DNA from: Bacillota bacterium
GTDB taxonomy: Bacteria > Bacillota > Clostridia > Christensenellales > UMGS416
DNA: 64,000 bases
NCBI GenBank assembly: GCA_023422005.1
Contig: JAEZSC010000031.1
Location: forward strand, 9,514 to 73,513
Direction: 5' to 3'
The position numbers were made by a program, and so were the translations under genes. The first letter of the stretch is position 1. Each line of letters opens with the position of its first letter. Positions 1 to 10,055 of the stretch are shown piece after piece. The notes under the pieces were generated by a model. That model was not told the origin of the DNA, did not search any database, and worked only from the letters and a program-made list of their open reading frames with translations.

Positions 1-50
1 AAAATGATAATGCCAACGTACAGTCAATAGGGCAGTTCATTTCATAAAAG

Positions 51-1223
51 TTAAATAGCCAATAACATCCACATCTGTTCGATCACCTGCTGTGGAGAGC
101 AATTGAACACGCCCTGGGCCATACCGGCGCTGCCGCCGCCCCGGCCGCCCAGCGCGGCGATGGCGGCTTTGAGCAGCGCGCCCATGTCCCGCCCCAGCTC
201 CGCCGGCGAGGCCAACGCTACGCGGGCTCCCTGCGCCTCTTCCACCGCCAGCAGTGCCGTGACGCCCTGCTTCGCCAGCAGAACCGCCAGCGCCCGGGCA
301 TCGTCAAAGGGCCGCGAACCCAAGTTCAGCGCCAGCAGCTTGTGCTCCGCCTCCTGCCGTTCCAACAGCGTCAGCGCCTCCACACGCAACAGTTCCCCGC
401 GTTGGGCTTCGTTCTCCTTTTTCAGCCCGCGGTTCTCCTGCAGCAGCGCTTCCACCCTGTCCGCCAGCACATCGGCGCCCACGCTGAGCACGGCGCTCAA
501 GCGCCCCACCAGCGCGTGCTGGCCGCGGCTGTGCCCGAAGGCCCGGCCACCGCACACGAAGCGCAGCCGCAGGCCGCCCTTGTGGCGCTCGCTGCCCAGC
601 AGCAGCAGGCTGCCCACGGCGCCTGTGGCGTCTGGGTGGGTGCCGCCGCAGGGGCACTGGTCCACGCCTTCCACTTCTATGATGCGGATGTCCTCTTGTA
701 CCTCTGGCAGGCTGCGCAGGCGCATGGCCGCCAACTCCGCCTCATCGGGGAAGAGCACGCGCACCGGCCGGTTCTCCCAGATCAGAGCGTTGACTGCGGC
801 CTCGGCGTCGGCCAGTTCCTGCGCCGGCAACTCCCGGTTCAGGTCTATGGTGACCTCCTGTTCGCCCAGGTGGAAGCCCACCGTGGCAGCGCCACGGGCA
901 TAGAGCACCGCCGAGAGCAGGTGCTGCCCCAGGTGCTGCTGCATATGGTCCAGCCGCCGGGCCCAGTCCACACGGCAGGCAAGGCCTCTGCGGCCCTCGG
1001 GCAACGCCGCCAGCTCATGCCAAGGTTCGCCATCCCGCAGTTGCACCCGCAGCACCGGCATGCCGGCGATGTCGCCGCGGTCGTCGGGCTGGCCGCCGCT
1101 CTCGGCATAGAAGGCCGTACGGTCCAGCCGCACCCAGAAGCCGTTGGGAGAGGGTTCCACGGCCACGATGTCGGCGGTGAAATAGCGCATGGAGCTGTCG
1201 CGCAGATGCAGGCGTTCGGTCAT
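51..1223 (-). CDS. AlaX-type alanyl-tRNA editing protein (tRNA synthetase second additional domain)
   Basis: HxxxH (HLGQHLL) and CPCGGTH zinc motifs typical of the AlaRS/ThrRS editing domain. Start trimmed to ATG at 1223 (MTERLHL), downstream of GGGAGG. The ORF track start at 1334 lies inside the upstream gene. Confidence 0.75.
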   Translation of the reverse strand: MTERLHLRDSSMRYFTADIVAVEPSPNGFWVRLDRTAFYAESGGQPDDRGDIAGMPVLRVQLRDGEPWHELAALPEGRRGLACRVDWARRLDHMQQHLGQHLLSAVLYARGAATVGFHLGEQEVTIDLNRELPAQELADAEAAVNALIWENRPVRVLFPDEAELAAMRLRSLPEVQEDIRIIEVEGVDQCPCGGTHPDATGAVGSLLLLGSERHKGGLRLRFVCGGRAFGHSRGQHALVGRLSAVLSVGADVLADRVEALLQENRGLKKENEAQRGELLRVEALTLLERQEAEHKLLALNLGSRPFDDARALAVLLAKQGVTALLAVEEAQGARVALASPAELGRDMGALLKAAIAALGGRGGGSAGMAQGVFNCSPQQVIEQMWMLLAI

Positions 1224-1825
1224 CTTTGGTTCCATCCTCCCTCTCTCTGATAAGGCTGGCTGCCGTCCAGCACAAAGTCCGCCGCGTCCTGGGGCCGCTG
1301 GAGCGCCAGGTACCGGTCTTCCGCGGCCATCCATTCCAACCAGAAGTCCCGCGCAGCTTCGCCGTCCCGCTCCAGCCCCCGGCGCAGCCTCAATTCCCTG
1401 GGGCAGTCCATAAATACCTTGATGTCATAATAGCCGCGCAGAGCATCCGACAACGCGTAGCATCCCTCTACGGCCACCAGGCCCAGGGGCTGCGCCGGCC
1501 CGTCGTCTATCAGTTCCTCGCTCTCCCAATCGTTGCGCCACAGGCGGCCGGGCAGGCCCTGGCGCAGCGGGTCCAGCACCTGCGTCCGCAGGCGGCCGAT
1601 GTCATAACCGCAACCCGGTTCGCCGCCAGCCATGTCCAGCCCCCGGCGTTGGGCGGGCAGCTTGTAGAAATCGTCCATGTGCACTGCCATACCCCGCCCA
1701 GCCCACTGCACCAGCAGTCCGGCCAGCGTGCTCTTGCCCGCGCCGCCGCAGCCGTCGATGCCCACCAGCACCAGCGGCTTTTGGCGCAGCAGCTCATCGC
1801 ATGCCCGTATCAACGCGTCCAGCAT
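1220..1825 (-). CDS. P-loop uridine kinase-family protein
   Basis: Walker A GIDGCGGAGKST and overall uridine kinase/PRK-like layout. ATG at 1825 is preceded by AAGGGA. The stop overlaps the next gene's start. Confidence 0.65.
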   Translation of the reverse strand: MLDALIRACDELLRQKPLVLVGIDGCGGAGKSTLAGLLVQWAGRGMAVHMDDFYKLPAQRRGLDMAGGEPGCGYDIGRLRTQVLDPLRQGLPGRLWRNDWESEELIDDGPAQPLGLVAVEGCYALSDALRGYYDIKVFMDCPRELRLRRGLERDGEAARDFWLEWMAAEDRYLALQRPQDAADFVLDGSQPYQREGGWNQR

Positions 1826-1908
1826 CGTCTGTCCCTTCAAAGCAAATAATGATACAATCCTATCACAGATTCAGTCTGCGACAAATAGCGCGGGCCCCAA
1901 GGAGCATC

Positions 1909-2751
1909 ATGACTGCTTATCGATACGCCGCAGGATATTCGCCGGCCTCGTCGGAGGGCGCACAGTTTTTCGCGCTGGTGCGCAATGTGTTTGGGCTGGA
2001 CCTCTCGCTCATCGCCGCGCTGGATTGGCCGGCCATGGGCTATTGCTGCCATTCGCTGTTGGCCGGTGAGGAGATGGCGGCCAACGTTTCGGTGCAGCGC
2101 ATGACGCTGCAGGTGCTGGGCCGGCCCACGGAGGCGGTGCAGCTGGGCGCGGTGGCCGTGGCGCCGGAGCACCGGGGCCGCGGCCTGGCCCGCCAGCTCA
2201 TAGAGCGGGTGCTGGCCGAATATGCCGACACACCGCTCATGATCCTGTTCCCCAACGAAACCGTGCTGGATTTCTACCCGAAGTTCGGCTTTCGCGCGGT
2301 ACCCCAATACACGGCGGTATGCGATCTGCCTCCCAACTCCACCGTGCCCGCGCCACCGCGGCTGGCTCCGGACAGCCCAGAGGCGCAATACATCCTATCG
2401 CAGCCTCAAGCCGCCTCGTCCATACTGGATGCCCGCGGCAATCCGCTGGCGCTGTGGGCCAACATAAGGCTGGTGTGCCCGGACGGCCTCTATTCCGCGG
2501 GCGAAGGCCGCGCGCTGCTGGCGCAGCAGCAGGGCGACACGCTGCACATCTTCGACGTGTTTTCACCGGAGCCCTTCGACATCCTGCCGTGGGTGGCTTG
2601 GCCGGGTGTGCGCCGCTTGTGCCTGCACTTCACGCCAGACTGGCTGGGCCTGCCGTACACCTGGCAACCCGACCCCGACGAAATCCTGTTCGTGCGCGGC
2701 CCACTGCCGGAAATGCCGCCGTTCTGCTTCCCGGCGACGGGGAAGACGTAA
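1909..2751 (+). CDS. GNAT family N-acetyltransferase
   Basis: Acetyl-CoA binding motif VAVAPEHRGRGLARQLI. ATG at 1909 follows AAGGAG. Confidence 0.75.
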   Translation: MTAYRYAAGYSPASSEGAQFFALVRNVFGLDLSLIAALDWPAMGYCCHSLLAGEEMAANVSVQRMTLQVLGRPTEAVQLGAVAVAPEHRGRGLARQLIERVLAEYADTPLMILFPNETVLDFYPKFGFRAVPQYTAVCDLPPNSTVPAPPRLAPDSPEAQYILSQPQAASSILDARGNPLALWANIRLVCPDGLYSAGEGRALLAQQQGDTLHIFDVFSPEPFDILPWVAWPGVRRLCLHFTPDWLGLPYTWQPDPDEILFVRGPLPEMPPFCFPATGKT

Positions 2752-2805
2752 GAGACCTCTCCCCAAGGTTTGTCTCGTAGAGCGCCCACAGCACTTGTAA
2801 GGGGT

Positions 2806-2868
2806 ATTTCGCGCCCGTGGGCGCGACCAAAGGGCTTTCCGGTCGCCCTTTGGAAACCTTCGGACCCA
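2806..2868. repeat. 63-nt double-hairpin intergenic repeat, copy A
   Basis: ATTTCGCGCCCGTGGGCGCGACCAAAGGGCTTTCCGGTCGCCCTTTGGAAACCTTCGGACCCA. Near-identical copy at 49018..49080 (4 mismatches by manual alignment). Contains GCGCCC/GGGCGC and CCAAAGGGC/GCCCTTTGG stems. Confidence 0.8.
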
Positions 2869-3015
2869 TCTTATAAACAAATATGAGTAATTACTAGTGG
2901 CAAGAAACCGAAGGCGGATTCACTCCGCCGAGGAAACAATCACCTAGAAAGAAGATGACACAAGAACCCCGCCGCAGCGGTCCCCGTTCTGGGGAAGCAC
3001 GCGTGAGACAGGCAG

Positions 3016-3051
3016 CGAAAACCCGCCTGCCGACGGTTATCGGCAGGCGGG
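3016..3051 (-). terminator. Rho-independent terminator candidate
   Basis: 12-bp stem CCCGCCTGCCGA/TCGGCAGGCGGG, followed on the minus strand by TTTTC. Confidence 0.6.
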
Positions 3052-3080
3052 CAACGGGTACTGTGCTCAGACTGTCTGAA

Positions 3081-3110
3081 TCGCAGTTGATGCCGCAGCA
3101 TCAACTGCGA
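3081..3110 (-). terminator. 13-bp perfect hairpin immediately after the SSB-like stop codon
   Basis: TCGCAGTTGATGC-cgca-GCATCAACTGCGA. There is no clear U-tract, so the role (terminator, RNA stabiliser or protein site) is uncertain. Confidence 0.4.
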
Positions 3111-3111
3111 A

Positions 3112-3744
3112 TTAGTAGGGCGCTACTTCCGGCGTCTCGATGAACGACACCGATACCTCATAGGCTGTGCGGTTTTCCACGGTGTTGTCCGCGAGCTTTT
3201 TCTGGTATTGCCGGCTCTGCATGCGCCCGTGGATGAACACCTTCTGACCGACTTCCAGCGACTCGGCATAGCGGGCATTGCGCCCCCAGGAAATCACCGG
3301 AATGTAGTCACTCTTGTTGTAGGGCCGGTTGACCGCGATGAGCAGATCGGTGATCTCCCGGCCGAAGGGTGTGGTGCGATACACCGGTGTGCGGCACACG
3401 TAGCCCTCCAACAGCACCTGGTTGGGGTTGTCTGACATGTCCTCCGGCGGGGAGATGTGCCGGGCGAACACCGTGAGGATCAGCCGGTTATGCCCATCCA
3501 TCAGGCGGTTGTAGGAGCGCAGCTGGCCGATAACCGCCAGCTGGTCCTCGGTGGTCACATCCATCAGGTGCAGCAGACGGTCGCTCACCATGACCGGCAG
3601 CACATCAGCCACGCCGCTGAGCCGCGGCACCTCCAGCATCAGTGCATAAAACTTTTCTCCATAGAGGCTGTGGGAGTACGTGGGCGGCTCAACGACCTTG
3701 CCCTTGAGGATCACTTGGTTGTTCTCGTGGGTTCCCTTTTCCAA
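3112..3744 (-). CDS. SSB-like protein with two OB-fold-like halves
   Basis: NQVILKGKV... and NQVLLEGYV... starts of two similar halves resemble the N-termini of SSB OB folds. No acidic C-terminal tail. TTG start. Confidence 0.5.
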   Translation of the reverse strand: MEKGTHENNQVILKGKVVEPPTYSHSLYGEKFYALMLEVPRLSGVADVLPVMVSDRLLHLMDVTTEDQLAVIGQLRSYNRLMDGHNRLILTVFARHISPPEDMSDNPNQVLLEGYVCRTPVYRTTPFGREITDLLIAVNRPYNKSDYIPVISWGRNARYAESLEVGQKVFIHGRMQSRQYQKKLADNTVENRTAYEVSVSFIETPEVAPY

Positions 3745-3937
3745 CGCCTATCACTCCGTGCTTCTTTTGATTCAGATATGAGAGTATATGGTTGGCCCAT
3801 GGGGACTATTCCAGCTTGCCAAAAAAGCAAGGATGGAAGACGAGGTTGCAACCGGCTGCCGGGATTAAATAGATATCGCTCGGCGGCTTGTGCGGCGAGC
3901 GATAACGTACAGATATGGCGGGTCGTCAGTGAAAGAC

Positions 3938-4159
3938 CTATTCTTTTTGTTGATTGAGGATCTCCAAGTTCTCCGCCACGAGCTCGCTGACCGTCACGGG
4001 CTTGAAGCCCTTCTCCTTGAGTTCGGCCAGCAGGTCCGGCAGCGCCTCCCAGGTGTGGGCGGCGTCGTTGTGATAAAGCATGATGGAGCCGCTTTGCACC
4101 TTGCTAAAAATTCGGTTCTTGATGGCGGCCACGTCCAGGCCCTTCCAGTCCAGGCTATC
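3938..4159 (-). pseudogene. C-terminal fragment (~73 codons) of the split PdaB-like polysaccharide deacetylase
   Basis: The minus-strand frame reads DSLDWKGLDVAAIKNRIFSKVQSGSIMLYHND...FKPVTVSELV, the C-terminal NodB region. It has no start or RBS of its own. The frame continues upstream into island DNA. Confidence 0.85.
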
Positions 4160-4193
4160 AACTTGGGTTATGAAAGTAAAAATTAAAACAGAG

Positions 4194-5717
4194 CTATTCC
4201 GGCACCTTCCAGACGATTGTAACCTCGTTGTTGTCCTTGATGGAGATCATCTCGATGTACTTTTTGCTGATCTTCTTGCGCTCCTCAATGTCCCCATGCT
4301 GCCAGGCAGCCAAAAGGGCATCGGCGTCCATCTGCTCATCCTCCTGAACACCTGTCTTCATCTTGCGCCAGCTTAGCTCTTCGCTAAGCTGGCTCTGCTT
4401 TTCCTCCAGCAGCATCAGGCGCTTGGTGATGTGCTCACGCAAAAAGTCGTTGGCATGGCGGAGCTGTTCCATGTAGTCCTCATATTCCTTGCCGATCTCC
4501 ACAATCTGCATCTTGATCTTATTGGCCTGTTCATCAAAGGGCTGCGGTATCATCTCGACCAAATGGGCCAACGAGGCCATCTTGTCCAGCAGACGGGCTT
4601 CCACCAGTTCTTCCACGTCCTCCGCCAACACCGCCTCGCTGTGCCCTTGGCACAGATGGTAGTTGGTCTTGCCGCGGCAGTTGAGGTAGTTTCGTCCCTC
4701 CCGGTAGGCCAAAAAAGTCATGGCGTAACCGCAGTAGCCACACTTGGTAAGACCCGATAGCCAGGAGTACTTACCCTTTCCGGAGTTTTTGATCTGCTCA
4801 TTGGCGTCCAGCTTGTACTGCACGCGGAGCCACACGTCCGCAGGGATGACGCCTCCGTGCAGCCCGACGGACACATATTGATCTTTCAATTGACGGTATT
4901 TGGACGTGTTTCGATCCCGCTGCCCATATAACAAAAGTCCCCGTTCTCCGATAAAGGAGCTGACATCGTTGGTGATATGGCATCCTTTAGCCAGATAATA
5001 TGTGTAGACATCCACGTCCGCACACACGTAGAAGGGATTCCTCAAAATCTTGGACACCTTGGCGGATTCCCATTTGCCGCCCAGCGGCGCAGGAACGTCC
5101 ATCCCCCGGAGCTTGTCGCAGATGCCGGACAGGGTGAGCCCTTCGTCATACCACCGGTACATTTCTATAAGGTGTGGATTCTCAATCTCGTCGGGCACGC
5201 TGAGCTTCATCGCCCGGCCATCCTCGGCAGTATGGACCTTTCGGTATCCGTAATGGGTTTTACCACCCAGGGTACGCCCCTGTTTGGCCCGGGCGTAATA
5301 GTTGTCCTTAACGCGCAAGGCAATGGTTTCCCGCTCAAGCTGGGCAAACACCAACGTGATGCTCAGCATAGCCCGGCCGGTGGCTGTGGAAGTGTCGAAG
5401 TTGTCGTTCAGAGAAACGAAAGCGACACCATGTTTTTCCAGAATCTTATAGACATTGTAGAAATCCACCAATGAGCGGCTGAAGCGGTCTACCTTGTAGA
5501 CGATGACCTTTTTGATGATTCCCGCTTCGATGTCATTGACCATCTTCTTGAAATCCGGCCGATCGATGTTGCTTCCGCTGTAGCCACGATCCTTATATAC
5601 CCTGTAGTTGACATTTCCCCGGGGATCATCAATCATGCGGACGCATTTTTCAATCTGCGTCTCAATGGAATCGCTATCCTTCTTATCGATGCTCTGTCGG
5701 GCATATACAGCGATCAT
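4194..5717 (-). CDS. Large serine recombinase
   Basis: N-terminal resolvase catalytic domain (VYARQSIDKKDSDSIETQ, VYKVDRFSRS), recombinase/zinc-ribbon region (CGYCGY...CRGK) and a coiled-coil tail. ATG at 5717 follows GGAGGG at 7-nt spacing. Confidence 0.95.
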   Translation of the reverse strand: MIAVYARQSIDKKDSDSIETQIEKCVRMIDDPRGNVNYRVYKDRGYSGSNIDRPDFKKMVNDIEAGIIKKVIVYKVDRFSRSLVDFYNVYKILEKHGVAFVSLNDNFDTSTATGRAMLSITLVFAQLERETIALRVKDNYYARAKQGRTLGGKTHYGYRKVHTAEDGRAMKLSVPDEIENPHLIEMYRWYDEGLTLSGICDKLRGMDVPAPLGGKWESAKVSKILRNPFYVCADVDVYTYYLAKGCHITNDVSSFIGERGLLLYGQRDRNTSKYRQLKDQYVSVGLHGGVIPADVWLRVQYKLDANEQIKNSGKGKYSWLSGLTKCGYCGYAMTFLAYREGRNYLNCRGKTNYHLCQGHSEAVLAEDVEELVEARLLDKMASLAHLVEMIPQPFDEQANKIKMQIVEIGKEYEDYMEQLRHANDFLREHITKRLMLLEEKQSQLSEELSWRKMKTGVQEDEQMDADALLAAWQHGDIEERKKISKKYIEMISIKDNNEVTIVWKVPE

Positions 5718-5805
5718 GAAAGACCCTCCAAATGAAAAGCCTGCATTGCTGCAGGCACTTTTCCCCATCCCAATTACCAGTTAAAACATCGCATATGTTC
5801 AAATA

Positions 5806-5988
5806 TCACCCGATGCTATTCAGCTTGTTTGCGTTCTGGTTCTGCGTTGCCTTTCTGTCGCGCAGGATTTTTACGACGCACATCACAGCTTCCTGCTGCC
5901 TGCGCTTTCCTTCTTCTTCTGTAAGCTGGGGATAGTTATCACAGATGGTATATGTTCTGCCCGACTTGGCAACAAACGTCCGTTTCAT
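5806..5988 (-). CDS. Small hypothetical protein upstream of the recombinase
   Basis: 60-codon ORF with a GGTGA RBS-like sequence, same strand as the recombinase and immediately upstream of it. No recognisable family. Confidence 0.4.
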   Translation of the reverse strand: MKRTFVAKSGRTYTICDNYPQLTEEEGKRRQQEAVMCVVKILRDRKATQNQNANKLNSIG

Positions 5989-6172
5989 TCGATCACCCAG
6001 ATTATTTATATGTCTATCTCCGCCTTATATCACATAAACAACATCCGACTGCCATGCTTCGGGCATCATGGTTTTTAGCTGTCCGGCTCGTTATCCTCCC
6101 AGATTCGCCGGCAGCCCCCCCCTCTTCGCAATGGCGTGTTTGGTACGGAGTTTGACAAAAATCCGTATGATA

Positions 6173-6190
6173 TTTATAATTTATAATTAA
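6173..6190. promoter_or_regulatory. AT-rich TTATAAT-type repeat, weak Fur/PerR-box candidate
   Basis: TTTATAATTTATAATTAA lies ~25 nt upstream of the Fur-family gene. It only partly matches the 7-1-7 TTATAATnATTATAA architecture. Confidence 0.25.
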
Positions 6191-6216
6191 GAACGATTCC
6201 TATATAGGTATTGCAT

Positions 6217-6612
6217 ATGAATAACCATACAAGACGAAACAGCATACAACGGCAGCTGGTGATGGACGCTCTCAAAACACTCGACCATCCCACCGCAATG
6301 GATGTCTTCAACGAGATTCGGAAGACCTATCCGCATATGAGCCTGGGCACGGCCTACAGGCATTTCCAACTGATGGCGGAGAATGGAGTGATCCGCCGGT
6401 TATCTGTCCCCGGCTCTGCTGACCGGTTCGACATCAATATGGTACCACACCAGCATATCCTGTGCATCCAATGCAGCCGCTACCTTGATGTTGACGAGGC
6501 AGTAGCCGGAGACATTGACCGGATGGTGGAACAGACGACGGGGTTTCTGGTGAAGAGCCACAGTATACACTTCAGCGGAGTCTGCCCCGCTTGCAGGGAT
6601 GCCCAAAACTGA
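6217..6612 (+). CDS. perR: Fur family transcriptional regulator, PerR-like by context
   Basis: Fur-family DNA-binding N-terminus, HxH region and two CxxC pairs (CIQC..., CPAC). Immediately upstream of katG. Confidence 0.8.
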   Translation: MNNHTRRNSIQRQLVMDALKTLDHPTAMDVFNEIRKTYPHMSLGTAYRHFQLMAENGVIRRLSVPGSADRFDINMVPHQHILCIQCSRYLDVDEAVAGDIDRMVEQTTGFLVKSHSIHFSGVCPACRDAQN

Positions 6613-6645
6613 GCGCAGCCGAACAGATTGCGTATTTCAGCATGA

Positions 6646-8901
<2,256 letters not shown>

Positions 8902-9048
8902 AATGCAGGTAACTGGCGCTTATGATCGATGAAGGATGATTGACCGGTGTGGGCGCGAACGTGATCATCGTCGCACTCCACCCTGCTGACATCATGGCGG
9001 AGTATCATTTCTGCCCGCGGATTTGCGGCTATCCTTGCGTTGTGTGCT

Positions 9049-9077
9049 GTGGGCATCGCCGGTATGGCGATGCCCAC
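9049..9077 (+). terminator. Hairpin downstream of katG
   Basis: 12-bp stem GTGGGCATCGCC/GGCGATGCCCAC. The following tract is only moderately T-rich. Confidence 0.45.
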
Positions 9078-9135
9078 ACTCTCTCTGTCCTGTTTGTAAT
9101 TGTGCGGCTTTCTAACCATCATTCACTTTAATCTC

Positions 9136-9161
9136 CATGAAAAATCATGACAACTCCATGA
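9136..9161 (+). promoter_or_regulatory. Three direct CATGA repeats at 10-11 bp spacing upstream of the RR/HK operon
   Basis: CATGA at 9136, 9146 and 9157 (a GATGA follows at 9171). Downstream lie an ATGCGC-GG-GCGCAT palindrome and an extended -10 sequence, TGCTATAAT. Confidence 0.35.
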
Positions 9162-9260
9162 TCTTTTCCTGATGATTCCCTTGCATCCCAACATTATAAT
9201 GATATATGCGCGGGCGCATGCGCCGCTATTTTGCTATAATAAAGACTCCGGGAGGAGAAT

Positions 9261-10055
9261 ATGGCGAGAATACTGGTCGTGGAAGATGACCCCAACATCT
9301 CCAAGCTGATCGCGGCTTCTCTGCACATGGCCGGGCACCGGGCAGAAGTGTGCCGCGAGGGTACACCGGTCGTGGATCTGGTGTTCGGCGGTGAGTTCGA
9401 CCTGGTGCTGCTGGACATCATGCTGCCGGGAATGGACGGGTTCGAGATTATGAGCCGGATTCGCATCCGCAGCGTGCCCGTGATCTTCCTGACAGCCAAG
9501 GGCAACGTGGCCGACCGGGTGACCGGGCTGCGCCTGGGCGCAGACGACTACATCGTGAAGCCCTTTGAGCCCGTGGAGCTGCTGGCCCGCGTGGAAGCGG
9601 TGCTGCGCCGGGCGGGCAAGGCCGCGGAAGTCTACAGCCTGCACGGCATCGAGCTCAACGTGACCGAGCGCCTGGTGCGCAAAGACGGTCACCGGGTGAA
9701 CTTGGCCCCAAAGGAGTTCGACCTGCTGGCGCTGCTGATGCAGAACGTAAACATAGCCCTGGCCCGCGAGAAGATACTGGCCATCGTGTGGGGCTACAGC
9801 TACCAAGGCGAAACGCGCACGGTGGACACCCACATCCAGCAGCTGCGCAAGAAGCTGGACCTGAAAGACTGTCTGCGGACCGTTTCAAAAGTTGGGTATC
9901 GATTGGAGAAGGACGATGCGCTTTGGTCAAAAGATTTTTCTATTGACGCTGGCGCTGGTGACGTTGGCGGTATATGCCATGGGCTGGATGATGATACTGA
10001 GCAGCCACCGCGCGCGAATGGACCAGGAGACGCAACGAGCGCTGCGGGAGCATGA
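9261..10055 (+). CDS. OmpR-family response regulator with an unusual 3' extension
   Basis: Receiver domain (LVLLDIMLPGMDG) and winged-helix domain (TVDTHIQQLRKKL...VGYRL). The frame has no stop until 10055, so it overlaps the kinase gene by ~140 nt. Confidence 0.9.
   Translation: MARILVVEDDPNISKLIAASLHMAGHRAEVCREGTPVVDLVFGGEFDLVLLDIMLPGMDGFEIMSRIRIRSVPVIFLTAKGNVADRVTGLRLGADDYIVKPFEPVELLARVEAVLRRAGKAAEVYSLHGIELNVTERLVRKDGHRVNLAPKEFDLLALLMQNVNIALAREKILAIVWGYSYQGETRTVDTHIQQLRKKLDLKDCLRTVSKVGYRLEKDDALWSKDFSIDAGAGDVGGICHGLDDDTEQPPRANGPGDATSAAGA

Noticed and set aside
2563-2880. Possibility that the 63-nt repeat encodes a small peptide (the same frame is open in both copies: …RDQRAFRSPFGNLR…).
   Set aside because: Neither copy has a start codon or RBS in a suitable position. 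Copy B would be antisense to the parE-parC transcript. The base changes fall in hairpin loops rather than following a codon pattern.
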